A stretch of 64,000 nucleotides of DNA, from positions 85 to 64,084 of the forward strand of contig DASZZD010000060.1 in assembly GCA_035545015.1 (NCBI GenBank), written 5' to 3'. This document shows, piece after piece, positions 1 to 7,784 of the stretch. The translations under genes and the position numbers were made by a program. The stretch comes from Phycisphaerae bacterium. GTDB lineage: Bacteria > Planctomycetota > Phycisphaerae > WQYP01. The notes under the pieces are model-generated. The model ran no database searches and had not been told where the DNA came from. It saw only the letters and a program-made list of their open reading frames with translations. Numbering within the stretch: the stretch's first letter is position 1; the number at the start of each line of letters is the position of its first letter.

Positions 1-99
1 AAATCCCCCTGTCAAGTCCCAACTTGCAAAAATCCGTCCCCCATTTCCGCCGTTTCCTGCTACCATGCTGATTCCCACCCCCAACCCTCGAGGTGCCTC

Positions 100-630
100 A
101 TGTCCACCGCCCGCAGCAGCCTTACCGCCAAAGGCCTCTGGCTCATCGGCCTTGGCCTCCTCGCCAACGCCGGCGTCGGCCTCTACACCCACGCCACCAA
201 CCGCTCCCCAGACCTCTCCATCGACCAGAAAGCACTCGCCCAAGCCCTCGAATCCCCCAACCCCCAGGCCATGCTCGGCGCCCGCGGCATCTACATGATG
301 CCCGCCCAGATCGGCCCCTCCTCCTACGGCGCCTACCTCATGGACCTCGACTCCGGAACTCTCGTCGTCTATCAGGTCGGCCTCGACGCCAACAACCTCC
401 CCCGACGCCTCCACCTCCTCGCCGCTCGCAGCTTCCGCAACGATCGCTTCCTCGAAGACTGGAACACCGACACCCCCAACCCCACCGAAGTCCAGGCCCT
501 CGTCGCACAGCAACGCCAACGCAAAGCCCTCCAAAGCCAGACCGCTCAGCCCACCGTCGATCAATCCCCACCCCCCGGCGACCAAACTCCGCCGCCGCCT
601 CCCATCAACGCCCCCGATCTCCCCAAATAA
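100..630 (+). CDS. hypothetical membrane-anchored protein with Pro/Gln-rich C-terminus
   Basis: 176-aa ORF. One N-terminal hydrophobic helix (GLWLIGLGLLANAGVGLY) follows a short basic stretch. Uniform NNC codon usage matches local strand composition. No family recognised by eye. Confidence 0.55.
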   Translation: MSTARSSLTAKGLWLIGLGLLANAGVGLYTHATNRSPDLSIDQKALAQALESPNPQAMLGARGIYMMPAQIGPSSYGAYLMDLDSGTLVVYQVGLDANNLPRRLHLLAARSFRNDRFLEDWNTDTPNPTEVQALVAQQRQRKALQSQTAQPTVDQSPPPGDQTPPPPPINAPDLPK

Positions 631-720
631 CGCAAATTTCAACTGGCCAACTCGCCTCCGCCCGGGTACAACTAACAGAAGCCTCTTCTCCAAAACATCA
701 TCTCTCGAGGAGTTCGCGTC

Positions 721-1620
721 ATGGCAAAAATGTTCTACACAAGCGATGAAGCCGCCCAAAAGCTCGGCATGTCCCAGGATGGCCTTAAAGACCTCGTCAC
801 CCAGAACCGCCTCCGCGAATTCCGTGACGGCAACCGCGTCATGTTCAAAGTCGACCAGGTCGACAAAGTCGTCTCCGAACGACAGGCCGCTGAACAAAAG
901 AAAACCGGCGATACCGGCATGTCCGACTCCGGCATCGCACTCGCACCCTCCGATTCCGCCGCCGGCGACGCCATCTCCCTCTCCGATACCGCCCACCCCA
1001 CCGCCAAGGATGACACCGTCGCCGCCGCCCCCGGCCAGTCCGACTCCGGCGTCAAAGTCTTCGAGAGCGGCGAAATGAAAGCCGTCGACGCTTCCGCTCA
1101 AACCCAGATCCAGCCCCCCGCCTCCGACTCCAGCGACCAGCTCTCCCTCGAAGGCGTCGGCTCCGGCTCCGGCCTCCTCGACCTCACCCGCGAATCCGAC
1201 GACACCTCCCTGGGCGCCGAACTCCTCGACGAAATTTATCCCGGCGGCGACGCCAAGGGTGAATCCGGCATCGCTTCCGCCTCCGGTATCTTCGAACAGG
1301 CCGGCGCCGGCGACGTCGGCAGCTCCACGGGCCTCGAAAATGTCGCCTCCTCCGCCCCCGTCGCCGCCAGCCCCATGGTCGCAGAAGTCGAAGCCGCCGA
1401 TCCCTCCGCCGAAGCCTTCGGTGGGATGGCCTTCGCCTCCCTCCTCATCATGATCGTCGGCATCATCGTCGTCGGCTCCTTCTTCCGCGGCTACAGCCCC
1501 CAATGGGTCGAAACCGTCACCGCCAACACCACCAACCTCTTCATCTTCGCAGGCGCTCTCGTCCTCGTCTCCGCCATCCTCACCGGCATCGGCATGTTCA
1601 TCGGCAAGGCGTCCCGCTAA
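721..1620 (+). CDS. HTH (excisionase/MerR-like) DNA-binding domain protein with acidic linker and C-terminal TM helices
   Basis: 299-aa ORF. The N-terminus MFYTSDEAAQKLGMSQDGLKDLVTQNRLREFRDGNRVMFKVDQVD resembles excisionase-type HTH domains. A D/S/G/A-rich linker follows. Two C-terminal hydrophobic helices (FASLLIMIVGIIVVGSFF; LFIFAGALVLVSAILTGIGMFIG). Confidence 0.7.
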   Translation: MAKMFYTSDEAAQKLGMSQDGLKDLVTQNRLREFRDGNRVMFKVDQVDKVVSERQAAEQKKTGDTGMSDSGIALAPSDSAAGDAISLSDTAHPTAKDDTVAAAPGQSDSGVKVFESGEMKAVDASAQTQIQPPASDSSDQLSLEGVGSGSGLLDLTRESDDTSLGAELLDEIYPGGDAKGESGIASASGIFEQAGAGDVGSSTGLENVASSAPVAASPMVAEVEAADPSAEAFGGMAFASLLIMIVGIIVVGSFFRGYSPQWVETVTANTTNLFIFAGALVLVSAILTGIGMFIGKASR

Positions 1621-2915
1621 CCCGCGACGCCCTTCCCCCGCAGCGCACGCATCGCCTCGAGCAACTGCTCCACCTGCCCGTCGCTGTGCGTCGCCATCAA
1701 ACTCACCCGCAACCGCGCCGCCCCCGGCCCCACCGTCGGCGGCCGAATCGCCGGAACGTAAATCCCCCGCTCCCGTAAAAACGCCGCCGCCTCCAGCGCC
1801 TTCTCCGCCTCGCCCAAAATCACCGGCACGATCGGCGTCCGCGTATCCCCGCAGTCAAACCCCATCCCCCGCAGCTCCTCCCGCACCCGCTCCGCCAGCC
1901 CCAGCACCCGCTCCCGCCGCGCCGGCTCGCGCTCGACAATCCGCAGCGCCACCAGCGCCGCCCCCGCGCACGCCGGCGGCAACGCCGTCGTGTAAATAAA
2001 CGGCCGCCCCGCATTCACCAGCGTCTCAATCACCGCCCGCCGCCCCGCCACAAAACCCCCCAGCGACCCCAGCGCCTTCGACAACGTCCCCACCGTCACC
2101 GCCACCCGCTCCTCCACGCCCTGCGCCTCCGCCAGCCCCGCCCCGCGCGCCCCGAGCACCCCCGTCGCATGCGCTTCATCAATCACCACGAGCGCCGCAT
2201 GCCGCTCGGCCGCATCGCACGCCGCCGGCAAATCCGCGACATCGCCGTCCATGGAGAACACCGAATCGCTCACCAGAAATCGCCGCGACGCCGGAGCGCA
2301 GGCGTGAAAGCGCGCCAGCAATTCCGCGGCCCGGGAATAACGCCGATGCGGAAACGCGCGATGCGCCGCCCCCGAAAATTTCGCCGCGTCGAGCAAACTC
2401 GCATGGTTCAGTTTGTCGGAGACGATCGCATCATGTTCGCCCGCGAAAGTCGTGAGCACCGCGAGATTCGCCATGAACCCGGTGGGAAAGACCAGCGCCG
2501 CCTCGGCGTGCTTGAGGCGTGCGAGCGCGGATTCGAGTTCGTGATGAAGCTCGAGCGAGCCGGCGACGAGGCGCGACGCGCCGCTGCCTGCGCCCAGGCG
2601 TGCGGTGGCGTCGCGAGCGGCGTCGATGACTTCCGGATCGGTCGCAAGGCCGAGATAATTGTTGGTGCAGAACTGGACGAATTGACGCCCATCGATGGTG
2701 ACGGTCGGGCCGGTGGCCGAGGAGAGCGGCCGGAGTTCGCGCAACAAGTGCGCATCCCGGCGCCGCTGGAGCGATTCTTCAAGCGCGGCGAGCCACGCCG
2801 GGAAAGCGGCGCCGGCCGGCGGCGGGGGGGATGCGCTTTCGGGAACATTCATGGGAGCGGCGGAAAACTCGGGCAAAAAAACACCCCGGCACGCGCCGGG
2901 GCGGGTCTGTGTCAC
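1617..2915 (-). CDS. bioF: 8-amino-7-oxononanoate synthase (alpha-oxoamine synthase family, PLP-dependent)
   Basis: 432-aa ORF, collinear by eye with E. coli BioF. Motifs: NNYLGL, GSGASRLVAG, FPTGFMAN, SDKLNHASL, FSMDGD, DEAHATG, TLSKALG (PLP lysine), IRPPTV. GTG start at 2915; the internal ATG at 2852 is an alternative. 4-nt tail-to-tail overlap with 721..1620. Kbl or another family member cannot be excluded without a search. Confidence 0.85.
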   Translation of the reverse strand: MTQTRPGACRGVFLPEFSAAPMNVPESASPPPPAGAAFPAWLAALEESLQRRRDAHLLRELRPLSSATGPTVTIDGRQFVQFCTNNYLGLATDPEVIDAARDATARLGAGSGASRLVAGSLELHHELESALARLKHAEAALVFPTGFMANLAVLTTFAGEHDAIVSDKLNHASLLDAAKFSGAAHRAFPHRRYSRAAELLARFHACAPASRRFLVSDSVFSMDGDVADLPAACDAAERHAALVVIDEAHATGVLGARGAGLAEAQGVEERVAVTVGTLSKALGSLGGFVAGRRAVIETLVNAGRPFIYTTALPPACAGAALVALRIVEREPARRERVLGLAERVREELRGMGFDCGDTRTPIVPVILGEAEKALEAAAFLRERGIYVPAIRPPTVGPGAARLRVSLMATHSDGQVEQLLEAMRALRGKGVAG

Positions 2916-2939
2916 GCAAATGCAGCGGGGACAGGAAGT

Positions 2940-3284
2940 TCAGGCCTTGGCGCCAGCGGCTTCGGGCTGTCCGTCACGGGAGGCGGCCTGGGCGTTGGCG
3001 ATTTCCTGCATCTTCAGCTTCATGAGCCGGCCGACCTTGAACTTGACGGTCCGCTTGGAAGGCACCGGAACCCGCTCCATGGTCTTGGGATTCTGGGCGA
3101 TGCGGGCGGCGCGTTGCTTGCACTCGAAGACGCCGAAGTCCCGGAATTCCAAGCGGTTGCCGCGACCGAGTTCGCGAATCACCTCGTCGAGGAACTGCTG
3201 GGTCACGCGTTTGACGGTCACGCGCTTCACATCGAGTTGTTCCGCAATGCGATCCACCAGTTCCTTTTTGGTCACCGTTGCCAT
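2940..3284 (-). CDS. HU/IHF-family nucleoid-associated DNA-binding protein
   Basis: 114-aa ORF. KKELVDRIAEQ...RLEFRDFGVFECKQRAARIAQNPKTMERVPVPSKRTVKFKVG matches the HU/IHF fold with the beta-arm proline. Ala/Gln-rich tail. Confidence 0.85.
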   Translation of the reverse strand: MATVTKKELVDRIAEQLDVKRVTVKRVTQQFLDEVIRELGRGNRLEFRDFGVFECKQRAARIAQNPKTMERVPVPSKRTVKFKVGRLMKLKMQEIANAQAASRDGQPEAAGAKA

Positions 3285-3516
3285 GTTCTTCCTTTTCCTG
3301 CCCCCGGGGCAGGCAGAGAGATGCCTATTCGCACGAAGCGGGTCAGACTCTCAGTCCCACGAGCGTCCGTGACCCGTCCGATGTGCAATAGTCTCCGGGG
3401 ATGGAAGTATCATCCTCTTTCGCCGTGCGGTCGTCAAGATGTGACCGGACAATCGGTTCTGGCGGTGCTCCGCCGGGGGGAGGGGGGGCGGCCAAAAGGG
3501 GGCGGGCGGCGGCGGG

Positions 3517-3879
3517 TCAGGGGAATTGCACGCCCTGGCGGACGACCCAGCGGTAGCGGAAGCCGGTGCCATAGGGGCTGGAGATGTTCTGGGCGTCGTA
3601 GTCAAAGATGGTGAAAGCGGAGGTTTGATAGAGGGTTTCCGGGCCGTAAACGACCTTTTCGGGACGGGGGAAGAAGAGGTCTTCGTCGGCGTCGGCGAGC
3701 ACGGCGAAGGGGTTGATGGGGCGGGAGTCCGCGGTGCGGGCGAGGGCGGTGGCGGGTACGTAGAAGGGCGGCGCCGGCGGCGCGGCGGGGGCGTGTTGCG
3801 CGGCGGTTTGAGGACGCGACGGCTGAGCCGCACAACCGGCGACGGTCAGCAGCAGGGCGGGCAAAAAGAGGTAACGCAT
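3517..3879 (-). CDS. putative lipoprotein
   Basis: 120-aa ORF. Signal peptide MRYLFLPALLLTVAG|C with a lipobox cysteine. No family recognised. Confidence 0.6.
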   Translation of the reverse strand: MRYLFLPALLLTVAGCAAQPSRPQTAAQHAPAAPPAPPFYVPATALARTADSRPINPFAVLADADEDLFFPRPEKVVYGPETLYQTSAFTIFDYDAQNISSPYGTGFRYRWVVRQGVQFP

Positions 3880-4068
3880 GACACCAGTCTCCGCTGGAGC
3901 CAGCGCAAGGGTTGTGCCGGGAAATGTCCGAGAATCACGCGGGAATCAGCGTTGGAAAGGGCAGGATGTAGCGGCGTGCGGTGGAAAAGCCACACAGCAG
4001 CGAAACGCGTGGTGTCGTTGCATCACGCCGGGACAGGATGGCTGGGCGGCGCGGGAGGGCGGGGGGGG

Positions 4069-4800
4069 TCAGGCTTCGCTGGCGTGTTTGACGGGGCCGT
4101 CGATGGGGTCCTGTTTGGGAAGAAATTCCGCGTTGACGGCGCGTTCGGCGAGCTGATCGAGGATGGCCAGAAGGGGCTCGCGATCAAGTTCGTAATCGTC
4201 GAACTTCGCATGGCGTGTTTGTCCGGCGGCGTCGGTGTAGGTGATGTCGACGATGCCGGTGGATTTCCAGCGGGAGTTGTCGACGATGGTGATTTTCTCC
4301 CAGGGGATGGTGACGTCGGGGGCGGGGGAGACGGTGTCGGGCTGGGCGATGGCGCGGCGAGCCTGGCAGCGGAAGAACCACCAGATGGCGGCGATGACGG
4401 CGACGCCCAGGCCGGCGACGATGGCTTTCTGGGTGGCGATATCGCTGGCGCTGCGCCAGCCATCGACTTTGGCGATGGAGGCGATGTCGGTCATTTTGGC
4501 GCGGGCCTCGGAAGTTTCGTGGGCCCAGCCTTTCCAGGAGTCGAGGTCGGATTGATAAACGGAGACGAGGTTGTTGGTGGGGCCCATGTTTTTCATGACT
4601 TCGACGAGGCGGTCATCGTCCTGGGGATAGCGTACGAAGGCGTCGTAGGTGAACCAGCAGAAGAACGCGAGGCACATGAGGATGATGAGGATGTTTTTGT
4701 TGCGGACGGTATTCGACGCGCGGGCGACCAGCGGGAAGGAGGGCGGGGCGGGAACGGCGGAGATCGGCGAGGCGGCGGGAGGGGGCGGTTGATCGGACAT
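4069..4800 (-). CDS. hypothetical membrane protein
   Basis: 243-aa ORF. Pro-rich N-terminus and two hydrophobic helices (ILIILMCLAFFCWFTYDAF; IVAGLGVAVIAAIWWFF). Coding-like composition. Confidence 0.6.
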   Translation of the reverse strand: MSDQPPPPAASPISAVPAPPSFPLVARASNTVRNKNILIILMCLAFFCWFTYDAFVRYPQDDDRLVEVMKNMGPTNNLVSVYQSDLDSWKGWAHETSEARAKMTDIASIAKVDGWRSASDIATQKAIVAGLGVAVIAAIWWFFRCQARRAIAQPDTVSPAPDVTIPWEKITIVDNSRWKSTGIVDITYTDAAGQTRHAKFDDYELDREPLLAILDQLAERAVNAEFLPKQDPIDGPVKHASEA

Positions 4801-4898
4801 GCGGAGTGCTCCGTGAGAGGGCGAGGAAGAAGAAAGATCGGCGTGATGGGGGAGGGCTCTTTCGGGAAAACCCGGGGGCGCGGGGGTTTATTGCGGGA

Positions 4899-5108
4899 TC
4901 ATTCGGGGAATTGGGCGTTGTTGAAGACGAGGCCCCAGAAGATGTTTTTGACACGTTCGGAGAACTGGCCCCTGCCGACCTGATGGATGGGGATCCACTC
5001 AACGCGTTCAGGATTGCGGAGGCCCCACTCGATGAAGCGGGAGGTGTCGTCGAGCATCTGCTGGCGCCACTGCTCGTGGTTGATGTAAACGGGTCGACGG
5101 CGTGCCAT
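4899..5108 (-). CDS. small hypothetical protein (69 aa)
   Basis: Only the C-terminal part of ORF-track 4899..5513 looks protein-like (MARRRPVYINHEQWRQQMLDDTSRFIEWGLRNPERVEWIPIHQV...). ATG at 5106-5108. The upstream part of the long ORF is low-complexity. Confidence 0.4.
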   Translation of the reverse strand: MARRRPVYINHEQWRQQMLDDTSRFIEWGLRNPERVEWIPIHQVGRGQFSERVKNIFWGLVFNNAQFPE

Positions 5109-5325
5109 GAAATCCCCAGGAACGTTGGGGAGATTATAGGCGGCGGGCGGGCATCGGGGGAATGGCGATGGGGAGTGAAAATGGATGGGAAAGAGTTCGC
5201 GGTGATGAACCGCGGACGCCGCGGGTTCGCGGGGGGGGAGAGCGTTGCGTTCCACGAGGGGATATGTCGCGGATATGATGGAGGGTGGGAGTGTTGGGGC
5301 GCCGGGTGCCGCGCGAGAGGTTTGT

Positions 5326-5877
5326 ATGGAATCGCCGTTGGTTGGCAAGGTGTTGGTGGCGTCGCCGCAGTTGCTGGATCCGAATTTTGCGAGGTCGGTG
5401 GTGTTGGTGGTGCAGCATGATGCGAAGGGGGCGATGGGGCTGGTATTGAATCGGCCGCTGGAGACGAGCGTGGGGGAGGCGTGGTCGCAGGTATCGGCGG
5501 TGCCGTATGACAATGGGGACCCGCTGTTTCAGGGCGGTCCGGTGGAGGGGCCGCTGATGGTGATCCATCATGATGCGGCGCGTGGGCAGATCGAGGTATT
5601 GCCGGAGGTGTATTTGTCGTCGGATGCGGATGCGGTGCGGGGGCTGGTGGCGGACGCGACGGAGCCGATGAAATTTTTCGTGGGGTACTCGGGGTGGACG
5701 GCGATGCAGTTGGAGTCGGAGCTGGCGGAGGGGGCGTGGCACGTGGCGCTGATCGAGGCGGAGCATGTGCTGGCGACGCCGCCGGCGTTGTGGGAGCAGT
5801 TGGTGCGGCATGCGCGCAAGGCGGTGGGGCCGGCGGTGGATCCGAAGCTGATCCCGCCGGATCCGTCGGTGAACTAG
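5326..5877 (+). CDS. YqgE/AlgH family protein (UPF0301)
   Basis: VLVASPQLLDPNFARSVVLVVQHDAKGAMGLVLNRP ... FFVGYSGWTAMQLESEL is the YqgE/AlgH pattern. Start set at ATG 5326 (MESPLVGK) with GAGAGG upstream. The ORF-track start at 5245 is probably too long. Confidence 0.8.
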   Translation: MESPLVGKVLVASPQLLDPNFARSVVLVVQHDAKGAMGLVLNRPLETSVGEAWSQVSAVPYDNGDPLFQGGPVEGPLMVIHHDAARGQIEVLPEVYLSSDADAVRGLVADATEPMKFFVGYSGWTAMQLESELAEGAWHVALIEAEHVLATPPALWEQLVRHARKAVGPAVDPKLIPPDPSVN

Positions 5878-5964
5878 CGACGACGTAAATGGCCACGAAA
5901 AACACGAAAGGCACGAAAGACGACGGGAATTGTCCACAAATGGACCCTAATGCGCACGAATGGG
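5878..5964 (+). repeat. composite CACGAA-hexamer repeat element, copy 1 (orientation A), starts 1 nt after the yqgE stop
   Basis: CGACGACGTAAATGGCCACGAAAAACACGAAAGGCACGAAAGACGACGGGAATTGTCCACAAATGGACCCTAATGCGCACGAATGGG. Same architecture as the copies at 6086, 11888, 12075, 35230, 35337, 36583, 58243, 59878 and 62738. Confidence 0.85.
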
Positions 5965-6085
5965 TCGGGGCTGGGCGGGGGCGTGTGTCGCCGATAGGTG
6001 AGGATTCAGAAGTCAGCAGTCAGTCGACGAAGTTTTCAACTTGATCTTGAAACGATCCTGGGTGGATCACGCTGCGCGTGTCTGT

Positions 6086-6175
6086 TATTTGTGTTGATTT
6101 GTGTGCATTTGTGGATAGTTCTGTCGCGATTTCGTGATTTTCGTGCTTTTCGTGATTTTCGTGGTCAATTTATCG
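6086..6175 (-). repeat. composite repeat element, copy 2 (inverted partner of copy 1)
   Basis: TATTTGTGTTGATTTGTGTGCATTTGTGGATAGTTCTGTCGCGATTTCGTGATTTTCGTGCTTTTCGTGATTTTCGTGGTCAATTTATCG. It is the reverse complement of the architecture at 5878-5964, with ~120 nt between the two copies. Confidence 0.85.
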
Positions 6176-6203
6176 TAAGCGGGGAGTTTCTTGGGCGGGG
6201 GGG

Positions 6204-7253
6204 ATGGGGTATCTTGGGGGGATGGCTGAGATTTCTGCTGAGGAATTGCTGGCGGGGGCGCGGGAGGTGGTGCGGTCGGAGGCGGCATCGATTGCGGCGG
6301 TGGCCGAGACGCTGACGGAGGCGGCGGCGCGGGCGATTGTGCTGATTCATGAGCGGACGCGCGGGGACGGCGGGGGAGGGGCGCATGGAGGGGGGACGGT
6401 GGTGTTGTCGGGGATTGGCAAGTCGGGGTTGGTGGGGCAGCGGATTTCGGCGTCGTTTGCGTCGACGGGGACGCCTTCGCATTTTCTGCATCCGGTGGAA
6501 GCGCTGCATGGGGATCTGGGGCGCGTGCGGCGGAATGATGTGGCGCTGCTGCTCTCTTACAGCGGGGAGACGGATGAAGTGGTGCGGCTGCTGGATCATT
6601 TGAAGCGGCAGGAAATTCCGGTGGTGGCGATCACGTCGTCGGGGCAATCGACGCTGGGGCGGGTGGCGGATATTGCGATCACGATCGGGCGGATCGAGGA
6701 AGTGTGCCCGCATGGGCTGGCGCCGACGACGACGGTGAATTGCATCTCTGCGGTGGGCGATGCGCTGGTGCTGGGGGTGATGAGCCTGAGGAAATTTTCG
6801 CGGGAGGAGTTCGCGGCGTTTCATCCGGGGGGCTCGCTGGGGCGGAAGTTGCTGCGGGTGGAGCAGGTGATGGAGTTTCGGGTGGGGGAGAATTTTGCGG
6901 CGGTGGGGGAGGGCGTGACGCTGCGCGAGGTGCTGGAGCGCGATCCGGTGAGCGGGCGTCGCGCGGGGGCGGTGGTGGTGGTGGATGGGTCGGGGAAGCT
7001 GAGCGGGGTGTTCACGGATGGGGACTTGCGGAGGCACCTGCGGAATCGGCCGGCGGCGGAGTTGTTGGAGACGCCGATCGGGGTGGTGATGACGCGTTCG
7101 CCGAAGCGGATCGGGAAGGAGTCGCTGGCGTCGGAGGCGCTGGGGCTGCTGAACCGGTATCGGATTGATGAGTTGCCCGTGGTGGACGGGGAAGGGCGGC
7201 CGGTGGGGCTGGTGGATGTGCAGGATCTGGTGCGGGTGAGGGTGGTGGAGTGA
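6204..7253 (+). CDS. kdsD: arabinose-5-phosphate isomerase (SIS + tandem CBS domains), KdsD/KpsF family
   Basis: 349-aa ORF. SIS motifs VLSGIGKSGLVGQRISASFASTGTPSHFLHP, LLLSYSGETDE, AITSS, then two CBS-like repeats. An alternative ATG lies at 6222. Confidence 0.9.
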   Translation: MGYLGGMAEISAEELLAGAREVVRSEAASIAAVAETLTEAAARAIVLIHERTRGDGGGGAHGGGTVVLSGIGKSGLVGQRISASFASTGTPSHFLHPVEALHGDLGRVRRNDVALLLSYSGETDEVVRLLDHLKRQEIPVVAITSSGQSTLGRVADIAITIGRIEEVCPHGLAPTTTVNCISAVGDALVLGVMSLRKFSREEFAAFHPGGSLGRKLLRVEQVMEFRVGENFAAVGEGVTLREVLERDPVSGRRAGAVVVVDGSGKLSGVFTDGDLRRHLRNRPAAELLETPIGVVMTRSPKRIGKESLASEALGLLNRYRIDELPVVDGEGRPVGLVDVQDLVRVRVVE

Positions 7254-7298
7254 GATATTTGAATTGTGTAGGCCGGCGGCGGGTGATAGTGCGGGGAT

Positions 7299-7546
7299 AT
7301 GGTGGACAGCAAACTTATTGACAAGATTGTCGCGTTATCTCGTGCCGATCGCGAGGAGCTTCTGGGGAGCTTCTGGACATCGTTTTGGCAAGTTTGGAAA
7401 AAGACGTGGCCCCAAATCTGACGCCCGAGGAGCAGGCCGAACTCTCGCGGAGCCTTGAGGCATTCCGCCAAAATCCTGAAACGTTTATGACTTGGGAGCA
7501 GGTAAAGGAACTATTTGCGCAGCAACGAGCGAGGCGATCGGCGTGA
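7299..7546 (+). pseudogene. frameshifted addiction-module antitoxin (ParD/RelB-partner type, TIGR02574-like)
   Basis: ATG 7299 gives MVDSKLIDKIVALSRADREELLG..., then stops at 7419. The next frame continues LDIVLASLEKDVAPNLTPEEQAELSRSLEAFRQNPETFMTWEQVKELFAQQRARRSA* (stop 7544-7546). The frames join at the GGGG run at 7364-7367. Neither piece is in the ORF track as a sensible protein. Confidence 0.5.
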
Positions 7547-7702
7547 ATGGGACTGATCCGCTTCGCAGTAGATGAAACATTTCATGTGGTCTGGGCTGTA
7601 CGGCTACGGGGACACGCCTGCTATATACACGCGATTGGTGACGGGGCGAAGGGCAATCGGGTGACCTCAGACTTTGTGGAGCAGCGGTTCTTCTACTTTT
7701 GA
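7547..7702 (+). pseudogene. truncated RelE/ParE-like toxin remnant (51 codons)
   Basis: An ATG immediately follows the antitoxin stop (TGAATG). It encodes MGLIRFAVDETFHVVWAVRLRGHACYIHAIGDGAKGNRVTSDFVEQRFFYF. This is too short for a toxin; position and size suggest a decayed partner. Weak call. Confidence 0.3.
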
Positions 7703-7784
7703 CCACTCGGCAAGTTGCTTTCCTTTTCCGGTCGCCTGCGACACAATCCGGTTCTGATCTTTCCCCCCTTGCTGTGGAGTTGTC

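Noticed and set aside
3297-3313. The palindrome CCTGCCCCCGGGGCAGG just upstream of the HU/IHF-family gene start, considered as a terminator.
   Set aside because: There is no U-tract on either strand, and it lies in the 5' leader of the HU/IHF-family gene, ~200 nt from the upstream gene end. It may be a leader hairpin, but there is insufficient evidence for any call.
4613-5914. Pro/Ala/Ser/Thr-rich ORFs that span several real genes (4613..5914, 93..749, 62673..63614, 14504..14992, 16638..17099).
   Set aside because: They are alternative-frame readings of C-rich sequence that give PPAP-type low complexity. They cross intergenic repeats and gene boundaries, and better-supported genes occupy the same DNA.
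5878-6176. The CACGAAA/TTCGTG repeats, considered as a CRISPR array or other regularly spaced array.
   Set aside because: The repeat units are 6-9 nt with 2-5-nt spacers, all inside an ~85-nt element. There are no 25-40-nt repeats with unique spacers and no cas genes.
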